Shown: positions 25,040 to 38,312, counted from the stretch's first letter. The stretch: DNA of 64,000 bases from Eledone cirrhosa (GCA_964016885.1 OZ024743.1:267840001-267904000); one strand, 5' to 3'. The notes: generated by a model not told the origin, from the sequence alone. A program made the numbers and translations.

Positions 25040-26090
25040 AAAACTCCAACAAAACAGTGTTTACATTTTCAGCACCTGTCTGACAACACATTAAATAACT
25101 ATTACCTAAAGCATTGTAATGCCTTTGATTGAAACAACAGTATAATGTAATGACAAATTGAATATCTAAAACAGTCTTTTCTTCTTTCTTAATATGGATA
25201 GTCCATCTGTGACCTATGGTACCATATCTTGGAGTCCTTTGCGATTACACCACCGTCAGTTGATTGCTTGGATCAACGAACAATTTATTTCTTTGCCTTT
25301 CATTTTTGTATCCACTACTACCTCATCATCATCATTACCCACTATCTACTATCCATTAAATATTTTTTATCAATATTTTAATCACCATCCACTAGCAGAG
25401 ATCCACTGAACCGTTTCATTCTGTTTTCTCAAATAATTCATTTTCTCAACAAATACTTTTCAGTAAATATTTTCCTAAATATTTTATTTGGTTTCATTTT
25501 GTTTTCATTTCCATCACCTTTCTTTCATCATTCTATATTCTCCTATTCTCATATTTGTATGCCCCCCCCCCCCCTTAATACTGCGACTACCACCATCATT
25601 ACGAAAATCAATCACTATAATTTCAATAATTTTGCTAATTTCCTCAATTTGTCATCATCAATAGTATCATCATCATAATCAACACCACCATATATGCATT
25701 ATCCAAGTGTATATATTTTTCTTCTTTGCTCGCTTATTACCCTTTTTCTTTTTCTTTTCTCCTTTTTTTTCTTTTCATTTAAAATCTTTCTTTTCTTCTC
25801 CATACTTCCTTCTTACATTTCTTTCTTTTGCTTCCCCCTTTTTATACTCCATTCAAATATACATATCAACATAATCCCTCCCTCATCCTCGAGTCTTCCC
25901 CTATTTATACTCTCTCTAGCATTGAAAAATGTGTTCTTGTCTGATGATACTGTGTAAAGGCAGGGGAAACTCCATAGTAACAAAGCTCATTTCTACCTAA
26001 ATCAGAAAGATTATTGGAAAGGGGCAAGCATAACACAAAGTAGAAATATATGTGATTTACATCAGTTCTGAATGGTGTACTTATTCAAAC
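25040..26090 (+). mobile_element. Highly degenerate PLE 3' end with hammerhead-bearing pLTR
   Basis: Fragments SAPV*QH..AFD*NNSI and LESFAI resemble a GIY-YIG C-terminus (inference); hammerhead at 25937. Confidence 0.45.
25937..25983 (+). ncRNA. Type I hammerhead ribozyme
   Basis: UUGU-CUGAUGA-UACUG(uguaaagg)CAGGG-GAAA-CU(ccau)A-GUA-ACAA: stem I UUGU/ACAA, stem III ACU/AGU. Confidence 0.7.
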
Positions 26091-26189
26091 AACATAACAT
26101 ATACCATTATGTGGGATTCAATGTGAGACAGTGTTATATATGGATAGTCTTTTAAATTGCAGGTGCAGGCTTTTTTTTCACCAAAATAA

Positions 26190-26285
26190 AGTGTCTAGCT
26201 CAGTGTACAACGTGCAGCCGAGAAACGAACTCTCATTCTTACGATCGTCTACTGAACCCCGTAACTACTAATCCATGTGACTCTC
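26190..26285 (-). mobile_element. Degenerate tRNA-derived SINE head
   Basis: Minus strand has ..GGATTAGTAGTTACGG..GAGTTCGTTTCTC.. (A/B-box-like) followed by TTGTACACTGAGCTAGACAC (CORE-like). By-eye recognition only. Confidence 0.4.
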
Positions 26286-26510
26286 TGCGCTTAGTAAATG
26301 AAGAACCGATCACTGATGAAAGACTAAAAAATTATAGATGATGAATATAGTCAGATCAAGCCCTTTTTTTTCTGGCCATGCATAGAATATGTGGTTTAAC
26401 TTTTCACAGCTATGCTAAAGACGTGTATTTGCTAACATCACAACTATTTATTATAATACCATCTAATGCTTTTCATAACAATAATCATAATATATACTCA
26501 TACATTCATA

Positions 26511-26730
<220 letters not shown>

Positions 26731-27299
26731 ATATACATGTCTATGTTTGTGCAAGTTATACATATTTTTTCATATATATAATTCTTTCTAAGGACTTGTC
26801 AAAATGTCGGAAGTAATAATCAATGCATTAATCTGTTTAAGCATGCGCTCTAACTTAATTACAACCTGTATCGCATATTAAGCAGCTATCATGTCTGTTT
26901 TCACATATTTCAAATTTCCTACGGAGGACCTAGTTATTTGTTTATATTTATCACTGATTTATTTACATGTTTATACATTTCAAGTAGTATCTATTATACA
27001 TCTTACAAATACGTGGTGCAAGGTAATACGACCTGATTTCGAACGTGAGAGCTTTTATATGCTCCACCGCTAATGATGTAGTGAAAATATTTAATTGTAT
27101 TAGTGAGATGGAGATGAGAGATATGGGGGATTGTTACATTAGGTGGTCATTCGTTGAGAGTAATTTCTCCTTTCGGGTATTGCTCTTCATCAGACATATT
27201 TTTACTGCATAATTTATATATTTTATACACTTAATGTAGTATCTATAACCTGCGAATTTGCAGAGTCATCGAATATAACTTTTTAGAATATTTGTTCCG

Positions 27300-27392
27300 G
27301 CTCTTTGGGTCTAAATCCCTCCGAAGTCAACCTTAGCTTTCATCTTTTCAAGGACAATAAATAAAATACAGCGCAGAACTGGGGTTGAATCT
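27300..27392 (+). mobile_element. Degenerate SINE body fragment related to the 57016 family
   Basis: GGTCTAAATCCCTCCGAAGTCAACCTTAGCTTTCATCTTTTCAAGGACAATAAATAAAATACAG aligns by eye to the SINE body. Confidence 0.5.
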
Positions 27393-28159
27393 TCTTCTAT
27401 ATCTCTATCTAACTTCCTCTGTATCGCTCTGACTCCTTCTGTGTCAGACCTTCAGAGGAGTTGGGCTTCGCCAGGTTTAAAATGCCCAACAAACGCCATA
27501 TATCACTACGGCTCCCGTAAGATTCCTTCAGAATTAACATATCCATGAAGAAGAAACTAAAATGTATTACATACAGCTTGAACTAATATGTGGTGCTAGA
27601 TAGAACGATTTTCCATCAAATGTGTGATTGTTTGTAAACTTTTGTGCTAACTATGATGTGAAGCTATTCAATTATATTTAAGAGTTAGCTACGAGAGGAT
27701 GATACATTCCTTGGTCAAGGGGTGAGTGTAGTTTTTTTCACGTTATTGCTCTCTGTCAGATATCCAGTAAAGGAGCAAAAAAGTGAAGTCTCTCAGCTCC
27801 CAAGGGCTAATAAACTGATAACACTTTCATAATGAAGTGTTTTATTGCTAGTTGATGTTTCTTTGTTTATTCCAATTCAGGAATATATCATATTTCATGC
27901 TAATTTTTCTGTTTGCCTCTACTCTTCGTTTGTGTTTATCGACTAAAAGCTCTAACAAAAAGAACGATAAAATAAGTAGCACTATTACAAAATTAGCTTA
28001 CTTCAAAGCAGTGCTTTAGCATGGCCACAATCAAATGACTGAAGCTGTTAAAAGAATAAATGCTACGCCTACATGCACCTGTGTTTATATATACATGCAC
28101 GCACACAAACATACATACATAAATACATATATACATCCATCATACCTACATACCCACAT

Positions 28160-28370
28160 GCACTCTCCCGGTGATTTTGGATGGCCATTGACTCTTAAGA
28201 GTGCGTTTGCCCTTTGACAGGTTTTGTTTTTAGTCCTGCAGGCTGTCCAAAGTCACCCTCCTCACAAAGAAACCTTGGTGGGGTTGCCAGTTTAGTCGCC
28301 AACGACCCGACCATGAGACAGGTTGTAGTGGGATACATGTTACCAGTAACACCAACTGGTGACCTGACAT
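28160..28370 (-). mobile_element. Probable RTE-type LINE 5' UTR fragment inserted in (CATA)n
   Basis: GC-richer island flanked by CATA repeats. The motif CATGGTCGGGTCGTTGGCGACTAAAC resembles RTE 5' ends from memory; not verified. Confidence 0.35.
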
Positions 28371-28749
28371 GCATACATACATACATACATCAAAGGAGGA
28401 GAACGTCAATGACGAATTGATCAAGTATTTGCAGATATTGCACCCATATTATAGTTTTAAATTTGTACCTGGAAACCCTGATATGATGTGTGTATTTATG
28501 TACATTAATGTAAAATTCTGCGTCTGTTCGATTTCTTAACCGAAGAAATTAATTACACTATTCTAGTTACAAATTGAAATAAATACTAGGGCGATGTAAC
28601 AATAAACACCATTTGAAATCATAAATCGTATTTACATGCAATAAATTACAGGGAAACACACTTAGATACATATAAGTATCCACAATAATCACGATCATAT
28701 AAACAGACAGAAAGAAATATACACGTATAAATGCATACAGATCAGTACA

Positions 28750-31550
28750 TCTAATACTACATTATTCAAAATGTTATTTCTTTTATCGGCAGAACGTTAT
28801 ATTTTTTAGAGAGAGTCGACTGCGATTCCTTCCTTATTGGCTGGTATAAAACAACGATCGCCCATTTGGTAAATGCAACGTGCATGCTTGAAATTACAAC
28901 AGGGTTTGGATAAAGAAGCATAACTAATAATTCTGATACTATGAGAATTTTCCCTTTTTATATGAACAAAGCTTCTCTTATCAAAATGGTATTACATCTC
29001 TTCAAAAGGGATCTTCATTGAAGTTAGCTTTGGCATTTAACACCATTTAACTGTTTAAGATCGGGTGTAGTTGATAAGATACACGATGCTGATTCTTCAT
29101 GAACCGGGTACTTCATCTACAGACAATATAATAATTTATTTCCCCTTAAAAACGGGTGTGGTATTCAGAGCATTTAACTCCCTACTACACACAAAAGTTG
29201 CTATGGAACATAGGCCAACAGTTTTTATCTGGCCTGAGAACTGGGTAGAACATATTAAATAGCTACATTATAATAGCGTAAACTATTTAAGTAATTTAAC
29301 CTTTTGAACAATTCACGTGATAATAAAAAAAAAAGAAAGCCACCCGATTTATTATTCTTGTGGTCTGGGTGTGGTAAATGTAATTTGTTTTCTATTTCTA
29401 TGAAAGTCGGGTGTGGTATCTGATATCTTTAACTCATATTAAATGCGAATAACTTTGAAATAACTACCCGGCTTCATTTTCCATACAATCGAGACTGGTA
29501 TGATGGTTCAGAGGCTAGCTTCATAGCTACAACGTTCCAGACTCGATCCCATTGTGCATCACCTTGGGCATGTATGCTGTATATAACTTCACGTCCGTCA
29601 AGTATTTTGAATGAAAATATATAGAAATACTTAAACATATGTTTATGTGGGTATATTGACAAATCCACCTCTTTGTGTGTGTATACTGACAAATCCCACA
29701 GCATCCACATATATTGCACCTCAATTCCAGCTGTATTTTTGCAGGCACTTTAATTGAGTCCCTCTTACGTAGTGAACTCTTCAAAGCAGCATTCTCCACT
29801 CGCATTTCTCAAAGACATGATATCCATACTTAATTCTCCGTGTCACCTAGTTCTCTATATCAATCTACAGAGCTTTAATTGTTTTTATGACATCATGAAA
29901 CATCACTTCATTCGTTTATGCTGTGGAATTTTACCTCTTGTCCCCATAAAATAACTGTTTAGGCAGCTTTCCATCATCCATTAGACTTGAAGCCATTGCC
30001 TTTGTAAATTGACAGCAAAATTGCACATACTAAGTCTTACAGGACAAACTCACCATGCCATACACATAAAACTAGCCCATGAATGAATCTAACATTGTCT
30101 CGTCGAAAGTGGATTAGTTCAACAGGTTTTCCATCCAAACCTAGAGCTTTCCCTATGTATAGCTCTTTGGTAGTAGACCTCAACCCATCAATGTTTGGAT
30201 CATATCCTTCTGTGATAGTACATTAATACATCTTTAGTATGTTCAGTCTTCCGACTCAGGATTCGTGCTGAGAACGTTCCCACCGTTTAATTTCAATGGT
30301 GTCAATTTTGAGGGTTGTGCATCAAAAACGTGCCTTATTGTGCTGAATAATTGATTCTACTTTTGGCACAAGGCCAGCAATTAATCCCAGTGTATTACTG
30401 GTACTTTATTTTATCGACTCCGTAAGGATAAAAGGCAAAGTTAACCTCGGCGGGATTTGAACTCAAACGATAACGGGACATAACTCTATGCTGTGAAGCA
30501 TGGCATCCAACCCTCAAGTATCTGTAGTTATCAGCTCTCTGCATCTCTGCTGGAACAACCCACTACCTGTTATACTTCATCTTACGAGGTTAACATTGCT
30601 GTTTTGACTTTGCTATTTTGAAGGCTTCTGAAAAGTGATTCTCAAAAGTAGAAGACCATTGGCCATCATCGTGACTATGCCATGATGTCCTAAAATACTC
30701 GAGATGTGATCATACTTTCCCACACTTTCATTTAACATTCCAAGAAGCAAGATCGTGTCCGCATGTGGAATTGATGTTATACTTCCTCATAAATATTGGT
30801 AAAAATGAAATGACAGTCGTGAAACGTTCCCCTGAAAGGGGAATTTACAGTTGGACAATTCGGTCACCTATGCCTTGTGGTTACTACGGACGCTTTGTGA
30901 CTTCTAGCCGGACAGAAAGATCTACGCTTCATCCTTGCGTCCTAATTTGGTTTCCCTTTCTAGAAAATCGTACAGTCAGCACCCACTCTCAGACACAGGA
31001 ACTTCACCATTAAGACAGAATGCAGGGAGTGCAGTAATATTATGCCTGCTGAATTCTCTTCTGGCAATAGTAGTTCTACATTCCGGATTTGTGTGTTATT
31101 CCGTCAAGAAATGTTATAAATTTACATGTAGAAACATCCAATGTAATTCTGTTCTTTTGAAAATTCTTTTGAAAATTACTATTCTTCTTGTTTTTCCTAC
31201 CGGTATGAACATCCGTCAGCCGAGGGTAGTTAACCATCCTGATGATTGAACGGACAATATTTTGGTCACCTTTACCAGACCTTTTCCAAGATATGTGTGA
31301 GCAGTGTTCTCCTTTCAAAGGGCTACACATTCACATGGGAATCCACCAAACCAATTCCTACTCCCAAAACTGACAATGACATTAAAGAAGCCTTAAACCG
31401 CCTGCGTATGGTATAGAAAATATATCTCCAACTTGTTAGGTCTGTATACGTCGCTGCTTCCCCGTCGCTACATGGCATCAAAGCAGCATGTGCTTGTGCT
31501 ATACAGAGAAACAAGCATACGCATGTTGTTTGATAGCTGTATCAACAGTT
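28750..31550 (-). pseudogene. Heavily decayed large-ORF relic, probably a DNA transposon of an uncharacterised metazoan family; interrupted by a SINE
   Basis: Collinear minus-strand peptide remnants VISFLPIF..ITFQKP, MIQTLMG, ILDGREVIYSIH, YGK..VKDIRYHTR resemble FLP..TFDQPL, IEQxLMR, VLDGGxLLH, VFDGY..KD motifs (inference). Many stops. Confidence 0.4.
30350..30516 (-). mobile_element. tRNA-derived SINE
   Basis: Near-identical to 14106-14285. Confidence 0.85.
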
Positions 31551-33309
31551 GGGTTTTTCCTTGTGTCCTCGCAGAAAAAAATTAACAAAACATTAATCGA
31601 AGCTACATCAACAGCATGGCTTTCTCAGATAAATAAATAAATAAAGATAAATAAATAAGATAGATAAATAATGAAAAACAATAAAAGACAAAATATGATT
31701 ATTTAGATTAAAAATTTAGAAAAACAAGTGCCTACTTATATGTTTGCCTACATACATATGCACCGACAAACAAACCCCTCCCAGACATGTATGTAAAGAC
31801 CCACACAATATGTACACATAATTGGGTGACCGTTGACTCGCATGAGTTAATCCGCCGTATGTTAGATTTTGTTTTTTCGACACTCTCTTCGAAATCACAC
31901 CTGTCATGCCTGGTGGGGCTGCCGATTTAATCGTCCTAGACTCCGCCATTACAGAGGATGTACTGGATAACATGTAACCCGAATGACATAACTATAACGC
32001 ACACATGATGATGATGGCTGCAACTCGATTTCCTGTAACGCCATGACCAGTATACCAGGCACCGCGAAATAGATAAAGAGAATAGAGAAGAGAAAGATCA
32101 TGTGTGTGTTAAGCGTGTATGTGTGAGGAGAGGAATATAATAAAAAGGAGTCGACGATTTAATACTTCTACACAATTCATGCTGGGAATTCATAAAACAA
32201 ATGGACATTTTCTTTATGCTCGGTGACAAGAAATTATATTCTAGCAAAATATTTACATCTACAATTTACAATATTATATACTGCTTGCCCTTGACTTGTT
32301 CTGAAATTATGCATATTAAATGAATGATTAGAGAGATGAATAAATCTAAAATAAATCTGAAACATATATACAATAGCTGCTTAAATAATAAATCACCTTA
32401 AATATTTTTATGTTTGTCATATTAAATGTGAACTAAAATATAAGAATATTAAAGGCATACAGAGCAGTATATTTGTTTAAATTTCATGAAACCATTAAAA
32501 ATTAATATGAGCTTTCATTTACATATAATATGTCGAATTTGGGGAGGCCTTTGATGAAGTGTTTTGCTGGCCTCAGCAGGTGTTTTCCCGTGGTTTCATG
32601 TGGATTCTCGCCGTGAAAACAAACTGCCCTTGTGAATAACAATTAAGATATTTTTTTGCCATACAGTTTGATCTCCCATGGAGGGAAATATTTAGCCTGC
32701 TTCTTTTTGCTCTGTTTCCCTATCCCTAACTCTGTTTCCCTCTCTCTCCTCCTTTCAATCTGTTAATCACTCAGCCTCTCTCGCTCTTTTTGCCAATGAA
32801 TTAAGAGAGGATAGATTGTAACGAGAAATGTTAATGCCCCCCAGATATAATCGATTATTAGAAAATATAAGGCAAGGTGCAGTGCTCACGTTTGGGGTTT
32901 GTGGCACACAAGGGTAAACGATTAATCTTTATGATCGGACCTACAATATATCCAGTACAGTTGACATACAATAGATGGTAACAAATGTTTAACAATAACG
33001 AATACTCAATCGATAAAGAAAATTATAGTGTAGTGTCACGTTTGCTACAAGCCCGCTTGCAACGCCTTTAACATTCAGATTTTAGACTCATTGTGAATAT
33101 ATAGTGGCATGCTACCAACTACCGCTTTTCATGGGGGTCCACATTTGGGTTGAACGTTTTCTGGCAGATAAGTTGGCGCGGCGCCTAAAAGTCATTTCAT
33201 AGTTACGGAAACATTTTTTCCGAATAACTGCCTGAATACAAGAGCAGATTTCTTCACCCGTTGTTCACACAGTTGTACAAGAAAACCATTTGCATATTTG
33301 CTGTATCTA

Positions 33310-33340
<31 letters not shown>

Positions 33341-33578
33341 GATTTGAATGGATACAGTTTAGTTGAAAGGAATTTATTGACACGTGTTTCTATAACAGTT
33401 ACATAACCTAAAACAGCTGCTATCTACAAACTTTTAGTTATGCAGACATTCAATATTTCAATGTTATTATTTACTGTCATTTCATCAGAATAATATTACT
33501 GAGGACCTATTTTCAATGTTATTATTTACTGTCATTTCATCAGAATAATATTACTGAGGACTCAATTTAAACTCTGGT

Positions 33579-34679
33579 TTGATTAAACCGTTTCATAAAT
33601 TGAATGAAAATCTCAAATACGTAAATGTTGGGTCTAACCACCCCATCTCTATAATTAAATCTATCCCTAAAAATATTTCCCTTAGAATCTCGGCTCTATC
33701 TTCTAACATACAAGTATTTAAGGAACACGCCGAGTACTACGATAACGCCCTTAGTAAAGCAGGCTACCTCAACAAAATAGAGTACATAGATGGGAACAAT
33801 CAAAACACCCAAAATAAATCCCACATAGGTAGATATAATAACACAACACCAAACCACACTTACTACCATAGTATGCACACCAGTAAACCAACAAACAAAA
33901 CTAATAGAAAGCGATGCAAAGAGTACTTATGGTATAACCCCGAATACAATAGTTCCATTAGTACAAATTTACCAGTACTCTTCTTTAAAATAATTAAAAG
34001 ACATTTTCCCACATCACACAAATACCACAAAATCCTAAACCCTACCACTATAAGACTGTCATACTCTACAGCGTTAAACCTTGAACAACACATAAAAAAG
34101 ATCAATACTAGAAGGTTAAACGAAAACACTAAGAACTTAAGTACAAAGAACACAAAAAAAACAGTAGACAATACACTACAGAACATAAATAAACCACACC
34201 TAAGTTCGTCCGCAATACTACTCCAGAGAAAACCCAACGTACACAACTGTAACTGCACCTATCCTGACAACTGCCCCCTCGGCAATAACTGCCTGGAAAA
34301 AAATATTATTTATAAGTGTACCATTAAATCCGGAGGCAACGAGTGGTATTACGTGGGATCAACGGCAACATCGTTTAAATCTCGATTGTATAGGCATTCT
34401 TACTCAATAAAACACCAGAGCCAAAGAAATGTAACAACTTTAGCAGAAAAAGCTTGGACGCTCAGGGATAGCGATCAAAAGTTTACCCTAAAATGGGAAA
34501 AATTAGCTAAAACCCAAAGCTTTTCCAGGAGCCAAAATTTCTGCAAATTGTGTAATCTTGAGATTTATTACATAATCACACACAAGAAGAAACTGCTGAA
34601 TAACAGAATTGAACGAACATTATTCTGCCGTCACAGAACTAAAACCCTTTTTTCCCACAACATGCCGAATATTACATAA
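33579..34679 (+). CDS. Penelope-like RT thumb/linker + GIY-YIG endonuclease (5'-truncated, uninterrupted 366 aa)
   Basis: YVNVGSNHP, WYNPEYN, CNCTYPDNCPLGNNC, NIIYKC..YYVGST..FKSRLYRH, FCKLCNLEIYYI, CRHR. Confidence 0.9.
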   Translation: MIKPFHKLNENLKYVNVGSNHPISIIKSIPKNISLRISALSSNIQVFKEHAEYYDNALSKAGYLNKIEYIDGNNQNTQNKSHIGRYNNTTPNHTYYHSMHTSKPTNKTNRKRCKEYLWYNPEYNSSISTNLPVLFFKIIKRHFPTSHKYHKILNPTTIRLSYSTALNLEQHIKKINTRRLNENTKNLSTKNTKKTVDNTLQNINKPHLSSSAILLQRKPNVHNCNCTYPDNCPLGNNCLEKNIIYKCTIKSGGNEWYYVGSTATSFKSRLYRHSYSIKHQSQRNVTTLAEKAWTLRDSDQKFTLKWEKLAKTQSFSRSQNFCKLCNLEIYYIITHKKKLLNNRIERTLFCRHRTKTLFSHNMPNIT

Positions 34680-34946
34680 AAGAGGGACATCCCCCAACTA
34701 TATAAACCTTAATCTAGTTAGAAAAATATAAAAACAATCTCTTCTCAACATATATTAATAACCTTAAATTACCACACTAATAATGGAAAGATATGCTGAT
34801 GAGAATAGGTACAAATATGCGATAATGAATGTGTCAAAAAACGTCCATAAGTATGTATATATATGTGAAAATGTATATAAATAAGTAAATATATATATAT
34901 GTTTGATGTGTATAGTTAGATGTAAGTGTATTCATGTATTAAAGTG

Positions 34947-34985
<39 letters not shown>

Positions 34986-34993
<8 letters not shown>

Positions 34994-35340
34994 ATAAATG
35001 GAAAACTATATTTATAAAACCATATCTATTTCATTATATATATTTCGGGGATATCATATTAACAATATGCTATGCCTTCATCAGACAAAATACAATATAA
35101 ACAGTTTTATAGATAAATATATTCGACATACCGTAATAAACATCAACTTCATTTGAAGAGGTTTACTCTTCAAATGAAGTTGATGTTTATTACGGTATGT
35201 CGAATATATTTATCTATAAAACTGTTTATATTGTATTTTGTCTGATGAAGGCATAGCATATTGTTAATATGATATCCCCGAAATATATATAATGAAATAG
35301 ATATGGTTTTATAAATATAGTTTTCCATTTATTTAATATT
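34986..35340. repeat. Perfect 175-bp-arm palindrome (5-nt loop GTTTA, 35161-35165) of a hammerhead-containing pLTR
   Basis: The arms are exact reverse complements as read. Confidence 0.95.
35234..35299 (+). ncRNA. Type I hammerhead with long stem II (mirror copy on - strand at 35027-35092)
   Basis: Stem I UAUUUUGU/AUGAAAUA, CUGAUGA, 14-bp stem II with 3 mismatches, GAAA, palindromic AUAUAUAU stem III, AUA cleavage site. Confidence 0.7.
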
Positions 35341-35427
35341 GTAAATATACTCCAAATATTTGTCGAGTGCTTTTATATCAGTTATAAATATTTACTAGTT
35401 GTAACCCAACAATTTTAAATATAACCT

Positions 35428-35429
<2 letters not shown>

Positions 35430-35504
<75 letters not shown>

Positions 35505-35780
35505 ATATATATATGTATGTATATATGTGTATATGGATGTGTATGTATGTGTATGTGTGTACACATGGACTAGAGTATGTATGTATATATGTGTGTGTCT
35601 ATACGTGTGTATATAAAGATAAGTTGAGTATGAAAATGTATACACATGAGCGCGTATGTATGTACATGAATACATGTGTGTATATATATGTGTATGCATG
35701 TGTATATATATGTAAGTATGAATATGTGAATTGTGAGTATATGTATTTTGTAGAGGTGTGCAAATATATTTGTGTGTGAA
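35430..35780. repeat. (TA)n / degenerate (TG/TA)n microsatellite
   Basis: Seen directly. Confidence 0.9.
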
Positions 35781-36077
35781 TGCGTGGGTGAAAGGATACG
35801 TACACTTGAAGGAAAATTTTAAGTCTGAATGTTAATTAAGTGCAAACACAAAACCAACCACGCATATCTTTACTATCTCTAATCCTTCTATAGATTTAGA
35901 AAAATAACCAATAATATATTCTATAAAAAATGTCAAAACAACAGATGGGAATCTAATTACTCACTGCCACCAAGAATTTTCACTGCTATCGAAAAACCAC
36001 TCCTTCAACTATTCTTCTAACAACTTCAGCCCTCCCTCCTAATATTCTCTATAAAAACTAAATAGGTCCTCAGTAAT

Positions 36078-36127
36078 ATTATTCTGATGAAATGACAGTA
36101 AATAATAACATTGAAATATTGAATGTC
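36078..36127 (+). ncRNA. Degenerate hammerhead-like motif in the PLE pLTR (inverted copies near 33445-33550)
   Basis: CUGAUGA-AAUG..CAUU-GAAA-UAUU; stem I pairing and cleavage triplet are ambiguous. Confidence 0.45.
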
Positions 36128-36345
36128 TGCATAACTAAAAGTTTGTAGATAGCAGCTGTTTTAGGTTATGTAACTGTTATAGAAACACGTGTCAATAAAT
36201 TCCTTTCAACTAAACTGTATCCATTCAAATCTTTCTATTTTTCTCCGGATTACTTTTGGAACTACAACTGGAACCGTCGAGCAAACTCTACGTGAGCTGA
36301 TAATCTACTGTGTGTAATATTTATATTACAACACAACGGAAAATA

Positions 36346-36404
<59 letters not shown>

Positions 36405-36407
<3 letters not shown>

Positions 36408-37092
36408 AGATTGTACTTAAGCGAGCGTTGACGAGAGCTATCGTCTACAACAAATAGTGGTTCGCCCTAAAAAGAGCTATTAGAGGAGAATGGATAAGGT
36501 TCAGTAATGCTGTAACAATAGAGAAAATTAGAGTAGATGGAGATCTTGTTAGAAAAATCAAAGAGTCACTTACTAAAGGTATCGCGGTCAACGTGCTCGC
36601 GGCAAGATTGGCCCTGGACCAATTCTTCAATGTCAAGCACGCAAGCTTCATTGTCAGAGCTAAGGCGCATGATCTTAGATACGATGGGACGAAGGCTGTT
36701 CAATGGGTGCATGTTACTTTATCGTTAGCAGATGTGTGAGTTTTTTCAGCGACACATGTTCGGAAGATGTGGCGAGTCGGATCGAGAGATGGATGTCTAT
36801 GGCCTACCGAGGCTGTTGACGAGGGAGGCGGGGTGTTGCGAAATACCGACGACAGTCGAGGAAATATAGAATGCAATGCCTAGTTGCACAAGAAGCACAC
36901 CCCCTGGCATAGATGGTCTTCCCTACAAGCTTTATAAAAACATGTCAGATTTGTTCGACGACATCGTAGTGGACGTCTATGTCACCTGGCAGCAGAAAGG
37001 GGAAATTTCAATTTCTGTGAGTTGAGGGTGGTAGCGATGCTATGGAAGGACCCAACTAGAGGGACCATATAGACAATTTCAGGCCCATAGCC
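36405..37092 (+). pseudogene. Old diverged Tx1-like ORF2 fragment
   Basis: Collinear with ~42280-43050 (AAGCGAGCGTTGACG..TGGTTCGCCCTAAAAAGAGCTATTAG..GACAATTTCAGGCCCATA); many stops. Confidence 0.8.
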
Positions 37093-37379
37093 TATGTATT
37101 GCCATTTAATAGACACGTATATCCTTTTACCCTGTTATTTTCTCTGTTCTGATTTGTCTTTTACTTTTTCAGTATCTTAAAGTCTCTCTCTCTGTTACAC
37201 TCATTCAATTTATCACATCACGTATTCACATATTCTCCCTATCTCTATCTCTATTTACTATCACTATCTCTATTTTGAATACGTTTCTATTTATTTTTAT
37301 TTCGCTGTTTCTCTTTTACTCTCAACATTATCTGACATCAGTGAGGACGGCCGCCATCAGCTAACCAATTTCTACTGAT

Positions 37380-38312
37380 GACGGAACTTGGGTCACTCGG
37401 ACCCTCACAGACATTTGACCTTCGTATAACGGCACCATGTTGATGTCTTCTCTACGGAGTGGCGTAATAGAGTGTGCTCTGGCTTCTTCGGGTGTAGCGA
37501 AGAGTACATCCTAGGTGCCATATTTTGTCTCCCGGGCTATGTACGTTTTTGGGAGACCAGTCGGCCCTCATTGACCTTTGAACTTGTGACTCAGTTGCCC
37601 ATTCCACCCGGCGTGAGTTGTGTCCAATTGCACGGTACGAGACCGTAAACAGATATCTGTTTTTCATGACGTCGGGTGGATGAACGAGGCTGACCCTATG
37701 GACGCTCTTCTAGACCAAACGCCTGGCCTCCTTCAACTCATTATCCCTAACGTGCATTCGTTTTACTGTATCGGCCGCCTTTACTAAGGATATGATCGCT
37801 TGGGTGCTTCCTTTCAACTTTGAGGCCTCGTCATATATGCTACTGTTGTTGCTGCTGTTTATCGTGTTTAGGCTGTTGGTAGTGGTGCTGGCAGGGCTGG
37901 TGGTAGCCATTTTACTATTGTGGTGGTGGTAGGCTTATTATTGTTTGTTTCGTTGAGAAGAAAGATCCATGCAGGCTACTGCTAGTTAAACGTTTAACAC
38001 AACTCGTACTGTCATTGCAGCTCTTCGAAACGTGACTGTTACTTTGATTAAAAAAACCGCTCTTCTTTTTTTGCGGACAGACGTTTGGCGTCCGCGATGT
38101 TGTTTTTGTTATTTTTGAAAACTAGGGAAGTGTGTGGGCAAAAAAACACAAATTTAGCCCCGAAGGGCTGCAAATATTGAAAAAAAATATATCTCTTACG
38201 GATGCTAACACTTTTATCTCTAAAATAATAATAACATTTCAAATAAAAAACAATGTTTAACAATAGAAATGATGAGAAAACTCAGTAGCTCACAAATCAC
38301 GTCTTCGTACTT
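37380..38312 (-). mobile_element. 5' portion (5'UTR + decayed ORF1) of a divergent Tx1-like element
   Basis: ORF 37452-37667 (FTVSYRAIGHNSRRVEWATESQVQRS) is homologous to ORF1 CTVSYRTINVKSRRVERASESQIQKA. 5'UTR motif GCCCTTCGGGG is shared with the copy at 57459. Confidence 0.75.

Larger units (their letters stand above)
33334..36345 (+). mobile_element. 5'-truncated Penelope-like element with an inverted pLTR copy at the 5' end (33334-33561) and pLTR at ~36060-36345
   Basis: 33334-33511 is the reverse complement of 36060-36238. GIY-YIG ORF lies between; (TA)n at both ends. Confidence 0.88.

Noticed and set aside
31600-33300. Possible host exons or regulatory sequence
   Set aside because: No convincing ORF, splice pattern or recognisable motif; left unannotated.
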